A stretch of 64,000 bases of DNA. It comes from Lobosporangium transversale. Taxonomy: Eukaryota. This document shows positions 12,488 to 24,864 of the stretch, piece by piece. The first letter of the stretch is position 1, and the number at the start of each line of letters is the position of its first letter. The DNA lies in assembly GCF_002105155.1 (NCBI RefSeq), contig NW_019028998.1:496001-560000 (forward strand). Direction: 5' to 3'. The position numbers and the translations under genes were made by a program. The notes under the pieces are model-generated. The model searched no databases. It had not been told where the DNA came from and saw only the letters and a list, made by a program, of their open reading frames with translations.

Positions 12488-13093
12488 GATAAGGGGAGAG
12501 AAGAAAAGTGTGTGGATCTGTGAATGAGTGAAGAAGGAAAGAAGTATGGATGAGTCGTACGCGAGTGAGTACTGTAGAAGAAAATGTAAACAGGACGTTA
12601 GTTGCATACTTGTCCTTTATATATGTCTTCGCCTTATAATGCACGCGTTATTATCTCTGCTTTAAAATGAATAGGAAATTGGCCTATGTGGTGTGAGAAA
12701 AATATGCACGCCACAAGGCCTGATGTTTGTGTGTGCGCGCATTTTTTTTTCTTTTTTTTTTTAGGCAGTGAAGAGATGCATGAATTGTTCGATTGGTAAC
12801 ACCAGGCACTATGGACAGCAAATCTGTAAAAAGTAAATAAAGTAATAACAACTAGAGTATAAGCATGCAGAACCTCTGCATGAACAAAACTATATATTTA
12901 CACATACCACGACTACGGGAAAAATGGCATATATTTTTATATGCAACGATTTTTATTTTATATTTGCCTTGTTTATTTTTAATTCTTGACTTCAAACAAG
13001 TCGCTAAATCATTACAACATCAGTGAAGGAAAGATAAATCGTGATCGAAAACCTGGTTTTCGGAGATATTGCATCTATACTCATTGAAGTATA

Positions 13094-13225
13094 CTCCATC
13101 GCTTGATCAGTGGATTCATATATTTTTTTAATTCAAAAAACGATGGTTGAATTGATTTGATGGCTGGCTTCCAATTCAATTCAATCAAGGTTATTCAAAA
13201 GATATATGAAAATATTCAGCGAGTA
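13094..13225. mobile_element. MITE-like foldback element, degraded copy in inverted orientation relative to 15085-15270
   Basis: 13094-13167 matches the reverse complement of 15197-15268, and 13168-13210 matches the reverse complement of about 15108-15148. Confidence 0.6.
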
Positions 13226-15084
13226 AAGAACGTCGAAGGTGTATAAAAATAATGTACATTTTTGTTTTATCTTTCCGCGGACAGATAGGAAAACAATCGG
13301 CGCATTGACCGCGCTTTGGTAAAAGTCCACAATCGACAACTCACACCACTGAATTGAACTTTATCGTCCATTTCGTTTACAACATTTCACACTAGTGATG
13401 AGCTTACAACAAGCAATTTATTCAACTGCTAATACACTCGAGACTATTCGAAAAAAGTACACCTGATATTAACCAAATAAACTGGGCTACATAATATTTT
13501 TTGTATACAATGGGCCTGTTTTTGTCTACTATAGCATTCTTGCGTAATCATAGATTAGCTACATGTCTGCAAGAATCTCAGGAGGTTATAAGAAAAAAGG
13601 CCCCGCGGGGTTTGGCCATTGGTAAAATCGATGGATTAAAGCATACACAAACCACACATGCATGATAAAAAAACGCGATGCTATTCGTGAGTGAGCTGCA
13701 CGTTATCCGCAAACAATACATTTCTGAAAGGTGTTTTAGCGTGTACGTGTATGATAATAACGCGCATGTCACCCACATGAACTTGAGGGATCTCATCTCT
13801 CCCCTTGAAAAAGACATGCATAAATCCTCCTTCTTTATAAACTCATGACAAGTGGTTCTTACATATTTTGTAACGGATTTAAATAAGCAAATAAAGCAGC
13901 GAGACCATTGCTCATGATAGCCCTAAACTTCGGGTCCAAGCTCTGTTTCCCTCCCCCAATCGCCATGCACTAACGCTCATTGGATAAGCTTTTTTTTTTT
14001 TTGGATTGTAAAATCGATGCGAGAAAAAGAAAATCCGTCCAGTTAAGACCAACGTTCCTGGCCATGTCGCGAACCAACTATAGACGAAGTTGCTTCATCT
14101 GCGCGAGTTGGAAGAAAAAGCCGCACGATCTGTACATTCATGTATCCATAAAATGCATACTTGATGTATATAGTACCAATGGCACCCATAGAAAAAAAAA
14201 AAAAAAGAAAAGAAAAAGCATTTCTCAGTATATTCATGAAGTAGTAAACAAAACGCGAAATGTTATGTCCTTTTTTTTTCCTTTCTTTCTTCTTTTGTCT
14301 TCTTCACTTTCTTCCCTATTGTTGCTTTCATACCAATAGACTCACACAAGACAACAGAGTGTGTCTTAATACTCAGTTGCCCCATGAGTAGATCAGGAAA
14401 GATGCCACCTAGAATCATATTAGCAGCAATGGGTTTGAGGGCAGATATGGCACGAAAGTTGGTAATTCAATACATTAGTTTCCAGAAAAAGAAAAAGAAA
14501 AACAGAAAGAAAGAATCGGCTCCATGGAGCTATCCCAAATATCCTCAGCGGGATCACCATTTAACGCCTTTCAAGAACGTTTTGTCAACCTATTTGCTCA
14601 CAATTGTACAATACTGTGGGAAGTAAACTAATGATTCCTTTTCCTTGAACCTACTCGTGGCTTTTAGGTCGATGCTTTTGACTATTTAAGTACTATGGTA
14701 GTCTAATTGGGCACTGTCATCCATGCACAGTTTTTCCACTTGTCTCTCTCCTTTACATTTGGAAGACAGGGAGGGCAATGCGAGATCTAGACTGGCCGAG
14801 GCTACGACTGCAACATGGATCAGATTATCAATCACGAATGCTCACTGCCCCCTTTTTTTGACCAACGTATTTTGTATAACAAGTATACATGTGCTGCTTA
14901 CGTGCCTTTTAAATCTCAGCTCCTGGTCACCCAAAGATGCCGCATGGGATATTTATGGTCTTAGTCTACCTCAAAAAAAAAAACCCCCCCTAATGAGTTT
15001 GATTTCGACATTAAAAGGCGTTAAAGTTTTGAGTGGACAGGAGATAAACATTGCGCAAATTGATATTCGGTTACTGAATTGTAT

Positions 15085-15270
15085 ACTCCGTCCCATTTGG
15101 TCAGTGATTCATATATTTTTTGAATAATCTTGATTGAATTGGGAGCCAATTATATTCCTTGGCACCAGTTCGTCACGGAGGGTGAAATGTCAAAATCAGC
15201 CACCAAATCAATTCAATCAACGTTTTTTGAATAGAAAATATATGAATCACTGACCAAACGAGTTGGAGGA
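15085..15270. mobile_element. MITE-like foldback element
   Basis: Perfect 24-bp inverted repeat TTTGGTCAGTGATTCATATATTTT (15096-15119 and 15235-15258), an inner inverted pair TTGATTGAATTG/CAATTCAATCAA, and outer TA-CTCC...GGAG ends. Non-coding, with a second copy at 13094. Confidence 0.65.
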
Positions 15271-15454
15271 AATATATGAAGCGTGCGAAAAATTTTTAAA
15301 AGAGAAGCCTTCCAGTTCAAACCACGAAAGACACAAATGTCGCATCAGCAGGTCATCTCTGAATAATATAATTTACTTTATTGACCATATAAAATACACA
15401 TTAGATGTCTATGGAGCTGTTACTATACAAAGTAGGATATAAGAATCTTTTGAT

Positions 15455-16333
15455 TTACACAATGGTTGAACGCCAATTGGGAGCACGCTCAAAGCCATTC
15501 TGTCCAAATTGGTAGTCTACAAACGTGTCATAGATCTCCTTTTGTGAGTTCATTACAAATGGTCCATGTTGAACAATGGGTTCCTTCAAAGGCTCGCCTG
15601 CAATCAACACAAAGTGGGCGTCCTCATCCTTGGTTGTGATCTTGACTGTTTCGGCTCCGTCCTCCGAGAACGTAAGGGTGTGGTGAGCCTCACCCTTGAA
15701 CTCCTTGTCACCTACATAAATGGTTCCCTTGAGTGTGTAGATGAATCCAGTGTAGTTGGCAGGGATGGATTGCTCAACTGCTTTGTTCTTGTCCATCTTG
15801 AAATCGAGATACATTGTTGGTGTGCGAGTGTAGACCTTGCTCTTGACTCCATGTGACTCGCCTGCAATCACCTTCACCACCACTCCTTCCTGTGGATTAG
15901 CACGAGGGATCTGGCCATCGAGCAGCTCCTGGTATTGAGGCTCACACATCTTGTGTTCCTTGGGCAAGTTGATCCAGAGCTGAAGTCCATGAGCACGGGT
16001 CTGGGACTTGACAGGCATCTCTGAATGGACAATACCACGTCCAGCAGTCATCCATTGCAAGTCTCCAGGTCCGATGGTCCCTTTGTGTCCTGCAAAGTCT
16101 TCATGCTGGAACTGACCCTCAAGCATATAAGTGACGGTCTCGAATCCACGGTGAGGGTGGTCAGGGAAGCCACCGTTCTTGTCAACATTGAACTCGTCGA
16201 GCATGAGGAAAGGATCGTGATTACGGAGTTCGGGCCGTCCAATAGATCGACGGACTCGGGCTCCAACACCCTCGGCCTGTTCCTTTGAGAGAACAGACTT
16301 AACAATAGAGCGAGATGTTCTTGCTGCAGTCAT
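15455..16333 (-). CDS. Pirin (bicupin), copy 1, intronless
   Basis: EGVGARVRRSIG, DPFLMLDEF, GFPDHPHRGFETVTY, GDLQWMTAGRGIVHSE, GLQLWINLP and EPIVQHGPFVMN. Confidence 0.96.
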   Translation of the reverse strand: MTAARTSRSIVKSVLSKEQAEGVGARVRRSIGRPELRNHDPFLMLDEFNVDKNGGFPDHPHRGFETVTYMLEGQFQHEDFAGHKGTIGPGDLQWMTAGRGIVHSEMPVKSQTRAHGLQLWINLPKEHKMCEPQYQELLDGQIPRANPQEGVVVKVIAGESHGVKSKVYTRTPTMYLDFKMDKNKAVEQSIPANYTGFIYTLKGTIYVGDKEFKGEAHHTLTFSEDGAETVKITTKDEDAHFVLIAGEPLKEPIVQHGPFVMNSQKEIYDTFVDYQFGQNGFERAPNWRSTIV

Positions 16334-16504
16334 TTTCCTGTGTACGTTGAGTAAAAAATTATGCTGTGATAAATATTGGTGGCTGAAGGACGAGAAATAT
16401 ATTTGTTGAACTTGCGCTTTATATTTTTATTGAGAAAAAACGTGGAGATGGCGATCAAGTCCCTCTTTTATAGGTCTTGCTGACATAAACTATGTATATC
16501 AACG

Positions 16505-16523
16505 AAGCCACATATTGTGGCTT
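16505..16523. promoter_or_regulatory. Palindromic element upstream of pirin copy 1
   Basis: AAGCCACA-TAT-TGTGGCTT, with a related motif at 31325-31341 upstream of copy 2. Confidence 0.45.
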
Positions 16524-17025
16524 TTCCTACTATCTATTTTTGACTAATTTTTAGCCACTCACGATTGGAATATGCTTACAAATATGTTTAATAAATATAA
16601 TGGTATATGGAAATTGTAATCGACTTTCTGAAATTAGTAGTCAATCTACCATTATGTCTATTGTATCTCTCTTAATAGTCTCTAAATGGATGGAAAGCTG
16701 ATACTGTGGCTATCATTGATGAGCATAGAAGTTAGTCAATATTTTTATTGCTTTCATTAATGGAAAGCATATTGACACCTATAAGACTATGGCAACGTCC
16801 TAGTCTAGCGTGTTGATAAAGTCTGTTTGTTAGTTACATGTTTCGATGTCAATTAAAGAAGAGCAGTATAACCTTTTTAAGTCAAATGTATAAATTATGT
16901 AGTTGTAATTTAGACGCGTTGTAAAATGAACCGGACTGTTTATTTTAGGTCCAACATTCATAACTTTTTTTTTTGATCCTAATCACTTCATGAGAACCAT
17001 TCAATGCATATAAACTAATGAGCAA

Positions 17026-18748
17026 ATGGACAATAATACGGATTCATTCACACACACAGAGCATTCTCGAAAGGACATCGATGATAAGCGTCAGAGAGAA
17101 GGAGAGCACAACAACGGCGATGAACATTTGGTAGAGGATGAAGATATCTCCATAGATGCAGAGGGGAATGACAGGGCTCCTGCGTCCATTTTTTCCATAC
17201 CTTCAACACCTGTCAAACGATCAAAGCGTAATCCGTCAGTCAAGTGCCCCATCTGCCACGAGATTGTAGTTCCAGGCCAGTATGAGCAGCACTACCGTAT
17301 GGAGCTCACACAATTGGAAGCATGCGCTTCGTATGAAATGTATGAACATTGGTAAAAAAAAAAAGGAAAAGAACCCAATCTCGACATTCTATTTGCTTTG
17401 CCATGGAATAGACTACAGTATTCTTATGTTGAGTTTTTTTTTTTAGACCTCGAGGGAAAAGAGGCGCCGCAATCGCAGCGACGAAACAGTTCACGAAAGG
17501 AAAGAGTCGTGGGTCAGCGGCCGATAATGAGAAGCGTGGAGTAAGACATTCTTATGACCAATACTATAAAATACATTACCATGGCTTTCTTCTTGTCTTT
17601 GTTTTTTGACCGATACTGCTACATTGTTTATACACATCTCTTGAATCCTATTTTGTCAGGTGTTGCGCGACATTCAAAAGCGAAGAGCTGCTCGACAAAA
17701 CAACAAGGAAGGGCCTTTTTTATCGTCAACAGGACATGGTCGTAGATTCTTAGATATAGACCTTGGATTAACAGGAGCACTAAACGATGTCCTCCTTTTA
17801 GGTCAGAGTGAAGATGCGCCAGCAACATGTTTCATCTGTAGTGAGCGCCTCTTTGGCTCACTTGACGACATTAACAATCATATCGATTCTTGTCTGACAA
17901 ACCCACAACTACCACCGCACTCCTCAGGAAGAGTAAATATATCCTCTGAAGCACATACACCAATCTCTGAAGAGGTTTCGATGAGAGGCTCTACGGTTAC
18001 GATGCCGAACGAACGAACAGCAGACTCCTTTGAAGAATACACTTGGGCGGGTCAGACAAGGATCCGAGCCACATCACTGTTTGAAGGAGGTATGGGAGCA
18101 TTAGGATCTGGGTCCCAACCGATAGCAGCTTCTGCTCAGGAAGATGTTGATGATGACTTGAATGTGGAAGACGATGAAGAGGATGAATATGGCGGGGCAC
18201 AGTTCACGGAGAGGGACGTGGTGATGGATAGTGCGGACCCGGATGCAGAAGAGCTGAGGGAAATTGTACTTGCGTCAAGTTCTACATTAACCGCTTCAAC
18301 TCAGAGAAGTAGCACATCGGGGATAACACGTCATAACAGGAGGAGCAGCGAAGTGGATATTATAGAAGAAAATGCATATCCAGACAAGATTGATGACGAA
18401 GTGAATGAGGATGAGGACATTGATCTAGAAGCCATTGATGATGAGAATGATGAAAAAGGGAAAGAAGAGTTTAAAATTAATGCCATGATTAGCAATGCAT
18501 TTGCGTCCGGAGATACGCGACTGGTGATTGAAGCGTTGCGATCCAAGATTAAGCACTTGGAATCTGCAAGTAAAAACGTGCCCTCATGTCTGATCTGTTT
18601 AGAGCCTTATACTGCTCCTCTAACGTCAATTGTCTGCTGGCATGTGCATTGCGAGGGATGCTGGATGAAAACTTTAGGCAGTAAGAAACTTTGTCCACAA
18701 TGTCAAAAAATCACACTCCCAAAAGATCTCCGGCGAATATATTTATGA
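17026..18748 (+). CDS. RNF220-like RING E3 ubiquitin ligase
   Basis: Three exons (17026-~17339, 17447-17540, 17660-18748). Zn modules CPIC..H and CFIC..HIDSC, FEEYTWAGQTRIRATSLFEGG, and C-terminal CLICLEPYTAPLTSIVCWHVHCEGCWMKTLGSKKLCPQCQKIT.PKDLRRIYL as in animal RNF220. Confidence 0.88.
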
Positions 18749-19478
18749 ATCTCTCTCAAAACAAGTACAGAGAATAATCTTTATAAATAAATAAAATAAT
18801 TTATATAAGAATTTTCGGGATGCACCTTTCAAAATGACTTTCACGTGGAATTGTTCAAAAGTATTTTCTCATTATCGTCATTGTTGACAGCCACCAAATA
18901 CGCATCACGTCTTTATGTGATCTAAATATAATACGTTTTGCTAAAGGTGGACCATAATTATTATACGTGATCTGCCTTGTTGATGACTCTTCGGATAGAA
19001 ATGATACCGATTTTTATATGGGAACTTTCTTTACACATGCTGTAAGAGCAATCAAGCTACGCAACTGAGTTTGAATGGTCATAGCGTAGAACGAATCAAA
19101 CGGCCATGGTGCATATAAACATATGACATGCCTGCCTAGGGATATGTTCGGGTGAGACTACCACTCATGTCCACCTCCACCATGGCCAGTGCTCATTTAG
19201 TTCTGTAACATCTATATAATATATATAAAAATATATCCGATTGCATAAAAATTCATCTTGACTTGATGCATGCGCGTGTAAAATGAGTGTCATTTTATTA
19301 CTAGGACTCAATATGTCACCCAAATAAAGCTGGAACTTTTTCATTTTTTTTTTTATTTCATATGATAATTTAAATCGGCGAAGTTATTACATTATATATA
19401 TATAATATGTATTCAGAACCAACCGCTTCCCTTTTAAGCACATGTGTAGTTTGTTACCCGGTTGGATATAGAGGTTCG

Positions 19479-19510
<32 letters not shown>

Positions 19511-21375
19511 TTGGGATCGAACTCAAACTTTGATTTTCCTCATCAAAAAAATAAAGAACACAGAGGATAACAATGAAATTAAATATATTTGTATTTATAC
19601 TATAGACCAGGGCAAATGGATCACGACAAAAAGAGGAAGAAAAAAGCAGGATTTTGTCCAATATGAAAGCATGTGTACACATTGCTGCACAGGTGCAGGT
19701 CCTTCTTGCAGGACATTGCCATACCCACGTTGACATATGACGTATGGTAGAATCAGTCCCCCTGTTTTTCAGTTGTGGTTATGATCGAAGAAATACACAT
19801 TTCATTCTTTCCTGTGGTTCAGATAGGGTCAAAACAAGGGAGTTCGTAAGGTTAAACACAAGGTTCTTTGCTTGCAATCTCACAATGAGACGCCTAAAAT
19901 GTCCAGCTTTTTTGAATATCAAAGAAAAAAGGGATATGCGAGAGCCACGCATGCCGTTGACCCATTTTATTTATTTATTTCTTGAGGGTACAGAAGCAAA
20001 ATAAAATGTGGGCGAACATCCAGGTTGAGATGAGAGCTGCACCAACCAATGGATAGCAGGCTTAAAGAAGCACTGCTATACCAATGAAGAAGCGAAAAGA
20101 ATATGCAGGCGGAAGAGATAATAAACAAGAGCCACAGTCTTTTCCCCACCGTTTACAATGCAACCTAACTTTATCAAACTTTTGTCGAGCCTCGTGGAGA
20201 TAGACAAGATCAAGAGTCGGGTGCGTGTGTACGTGCATATTAAGACAAAAGAAAAATAAAATGGCGCGATGAATGAGCACTTAAAAAAAGGTCGAAACAT
20301 CTTATTGGCAAAGTAGATGTGCTTTTTCTTTTTTCATGTGTCGAGTAACCTGTTCCAATGTTGTACAATGCATTCATCATCGTGGCTGTTCGAAGGGTGG
20401 CGATATGATACGAAGTGCAACCATTTAGTTTTTTTTTTTCTTCCAATGCATAAAAGCTAATACCACACATAAATATATATACACTGTATAAATATATTTG
20501 TTAATAAATGCAACACATGTTGGGACCATAGTCAAGACGAAGACAAAGCGGAAGGAGTACAACATAATCTTATCGTTCCCTTCTATGTATAATTTATATT
20601 TTATACTGGTTTCTTGCGCGATCAACGCAGCAATCGTATATATATATGTACACATTTATACGACTTATTTTATTGATGTTACTATTTATAATATAATAGA
20701 AGCTGTTAATCACATATAAAACCCCACCTGTTGCCACAAAAAGGCTTGCTGTCCGCCAAATCTCCCTCTGGGCCGCTCCGACTGCTCAATTCTCATACTG
20801 TAAATTGTTATCCACACCTCTCTTACACTCTTCCTTGTGTATTCTTAAAGATAAAAATGTCTGTGTGTATGCTTCGCTAAAAACTCCTTTTTCTTCCATT
20901 ACACGAAGAACAAGAACAGCGAAAACAAAACGGAACACAACACTACACAAGTCAAGAAATCAATCAAAAAAAAAAAAAAAAAAAAAACAGTTACAAAAAT
21001 CCGTTATTTTATCATAATTCATTTTCTGCTCAATAAGTAAAAGTAGTAGAGAGGACAGATCCATTAGTTCTTCCTTCTTTTTCTTACTTCTTTTTCTTCC
21101 ACTCTTTCGAGAGGAATAATGAACACTTTCTCGACTGTTATTGGATCTTTCTTCACTCCCCATCCTCTATTTCGAGAGCAATAACTCTACCACCAATCTT
21201 CATTCTTCTCCTTCCTTCGACCTCCAGCTACCCGTTCTTTCGAATCGAGGTCTAGGGACATTCTTCCCTGCTCGAATAGCAGCATTACACCACTACCACT
21301 TCAACTACTACAACTGCTTACTATAACCACCATTTCAGCTTCCTCTCTTTTCAACACCACAAATAAAATTGCATA

Positions 21376-23632
21376 ATGTCTTCCTCAAAGATTGCTCCAG
21401 TACCTGTACCAAAAAACCCCATCCGTAGAAACAACTCTACCCCCTCAGTCCGTACTTCTGCATCCGACAACAGGGGCTCTGGCAGAGTTTCAATGGACAG
21501 TTGTGATCGTCCAAAGTACTTACGACCTACACTTGTAGACGTAATTTTCTCCTCCTCTGTACCCACCAAGACGTCTCTACCTACAAAATCAAGGCATAAG
21601 AAATCGTCATCGTCTCCATCATGGCTCGTCTCTCCTCCTCTAGCGCCAACGACCGTTCTCTCAACATCATCAGCAAATACTCCATCATTAGCATCGCTCA
21701 CCTCGGTCCCGACTGTACTTGAGGACGAGGTTGAACCCTTAGACTTGCAGGAATCAAAATCATTTGATCAGACATCCGAGGATGTTGCAGCAATGTCGGT
21801 ATTGTCTCCAATGTCCTCCCTGTTCTTTGGGAGAGGTTCTTCCACAACCTCTAGTACTCCTGCTGGCACACCGCCGGCATCACCAGCACTTCGTGCTACT
21901 TTCACAAATAATTCGTCAGTGAGCCCAAGTCCATCCACCACCCCGCCTCCTTCGCCATCGTTGTCCTTTTTAAACACGTGGCATGGTAGGCTTCCTTCAA
22001 TCCCAAGACCTTCGCCCATGATGCCATTTAGGGCAGCTAAAAAAGTAGTTACATCTGTTACATCCGTTGGGACGGGCCTTTTGCCTTCCAAGGAACAGCT
22101 CGGATCCATTCCCGTAGCTGGTCGGATCCTCACACATCCAGTGATGGATTCAACTCTAACATATATTGCCTCCAAGACAGGAGGCAGCAAGGGTTCAGGG
22201 AGCAAGGCTGTCACACCAGAGGATGTTCATTACCGTAAACTAAACAAAAAGCTGGTTGATCAATCAACTACTTTGTCAATGTTGGCTATGGAAAGAGAAG
22301 AGCAGTCAAAAACTATTGATGATGAAGCTGGTGATGATGCGTTCGAGCTCTATCTAGCCGCCATTATGACTTTGATGCACGCTCTACCATGTAAGAGAAA
22401 ATGCGCTTAATTCTGTTCTCTTGCCCTCATCTTACAAATTGGAATCAGAAAAATATTTAGGCTTATTTTGTTTTGTTATGTTCCTAATAGTTGAAACGTG
22501 CGACCCTCTACGTCGAGAGGCCTTCATATCTCAGTTGAAAAGCTTTTTAAAAGAGAATGAATTGGTTTGTACCGATGAGGATGTCGATACCAAGTTGCTT
22601 CGTCGTCGTAGACGCAGACGTCATCGCGAGCACCGTGGCCAAGCAACATCCTTGATCCATCAACACTCACTTGGTCAATCCAACAGTCCCCATACTCTTC
22701 ATACTCCACAGCAAATGCCTGATAAAATCAAAAAACAACAGCGCGATAAACCAGATCCTCATAGTGGTCACAGCACAAAACGAAGAAAGAAAAGAAATAA
22801 TGATAATCCATCCAAGTCAACATTAAGTGAGACCATTGTTTCCACAGCAGTTGAGTCAGCGATACGATTGAAGCAATCTCCTATCCCGGACGCGATCAAG
22901 ACTTGTATCCATGCCTCGCGAATAATACTTTCTAAAGTGGATGAAAAGTTTCGTCTACAGGAAAAGGCATGGAGGCTGTCAAAACATTCAATTGAGAAGG
23001 TGATCGAATTGGATGAACAGTATGCGATCCATGAGATCGTGACAGAGACTTTGTTTGCTACATTGACAGGCCTTGTCAAAGCAGGCATTGCATATAAGGA
23101 GACTCCAAGCTATTCTACTGTCAAGGCATTGACACAGCAACAAATACAGCAAAAGCAGCAACAACAGAAGCACAATCTAGCTCAAGGAGCGCCTTCTGTG
23201 CCATCAGAGACTGGGCGGTCGTATAATCCTCAAGCAATTTTAAATAAGAAACCCTACATACTGTCATTGTCTCCATCATCCTCAATGCGAAGACATTCCA
23301 TTATCGCAGAAGAGGATGAAGGAAACTTATTAATGAGTATGAATCGAGGCGGCTCAGATACATCCTCATCGTCATGCTTCACCAGTTCTGGAGATGAGGA
23401 TGACGAAGAAGGAGAAGGAGAAGAGGATAGTGATGATAATGTCAATGAAAATGATGATAATGAGATATTTGAGAATAGATCGACAAGGGGTCAGAACTTG
23501 TTCGCCACAGCATCTTCAGCTCTTCCTCCAGAATACCAAGAGCAAGCAAAGCAAAAGATTAACATGTTCATGGCCCTTAAAGGTGCCACATCACTCCTTC
23601 TTGGTCGTTCAGTAACATCAGGTGCACAATAA
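21376..23632 (+). CDS. Hypothetical S/P-rich protein, possibly with an MIT-like helical segment
   Basis: Two long ORFs joined by intron 22391-22490 (GTAAGA...TAATAG). Helical blocks DDAFELYLAAIMTLMHALP and AVESAIRLKQSPIPD...VDEKFRLQEKAW. Confidence 0.75.
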
Positions 23633-24864
23633 AGGATCAATCTAATAGAGACAACTAATGTACCGTATTTGTATATTGATTTTCACCTGTGTTCAATTAT
23701 TGGTTCGATATAATAAATAAAAAAAAAGAAAAAAGAGAATTGAGCAATGTGGTTGATAGGCAAGTCAATTTCGATCAAGATAACTCGAATATCGACTATG
23801 CGAGGCGAACCGGGGGCAAGCCAGCTCGGAAGAAACGCTTCGATGCAGTTCTCAAAGCCTCCTCTTCTTTGATTTTGATGACCCAACGAAGTGGTACAGG
23901 GCATGTTTGCTCGACCATGGTTGAATGCAGGGGCTTTTGTACGATGCACTCTCCGTGTAACCAAAAATATATCATGAATGTTTTTTTTACTACTCGGGCG
24001 CCGCGCCGTCGTACTGTCACTGCACAAGGTCATATTCACAAACCAGGCCAGCATAGGCGTATGAGTGGTAACTCTTGATCCCTACGGGACTTATGACGGG
24101 CCTCGCTCACTCATATCCTGGTTATATGGATATGTGTCTCATCGTCCAGGCGGTGGCCATCAATATAGCGCCAACGGCAACGTGTACAAGATAACAAATG
24201 CGGCGGGAGGGATCCTCCAATCCGACGGGTTCAATTTAGCAGTGCCGCTATTGAACCATCATCACAATATCCATCGCCTATATCCACAGCTGCCCTTCAC
24301 ACACCATGATCACGTCTGGGCCAAATACAAGGAGGCGTTGACTGCTGTTGGTATAGAGGTTCTCTTTTTGTACTCATCTTAACAAGGGTGGGAATGGGAT
24401 GAAAGCCTTGATGATACCAGAAAGGATAAGAAGTAGAGATCTTACATATCATGTACCAACAGCAAAATATATTTTCGCTCCATAAAAAAATAAACTCTGA
24501 TGCAAAATGTCGCAGAGCCGATGGGAGGTTTTTTTTTTTTTTTTTTTTTTTTTCCCTCGAAACTGCGGCCGCAGTATAAAATCCAATGAGAGAGACGCCG
24601 ACTGTCCAACTGTCCAGTTGCATGTTTGGAATGTGAGGCAAATGCTATCTGTGTGCCCGAAATGAAGGGCAAGGACAATAAGCATATTTTCCAAGGACTC
24701 TTTTTTAAAGTTCTGGCTCTGTTTGGTAATGGCAATGCAATTAGGATTTGGGATAAATACTCCTCTTTCCCATGACCACGCTTGAGAAAAAAAATACAAA
24801 TCATTTCCTTCTGAAGGTCTTCTTCTTTCCTTTTTCCACCTTTTCTTTTTTTTTCTTTTCCGTC

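Noticed and set aside
9036..12523. Long antisense ORFs over the flavoprotein genes, and likewise over pirin, H1 and H3
   Set aside because: They are shadows of codon bias on the coding strand.
19550..20280. Minus-strand exon-like fragments
   Set aside because: No consistent spliced frame or recognisable motif.
23750..24400. GC-richer short ORFs between the hypothetical gene and the ABCC gene
   Set aside because: No clear start or domain. Possibly a relic, but it cannot be assigned.
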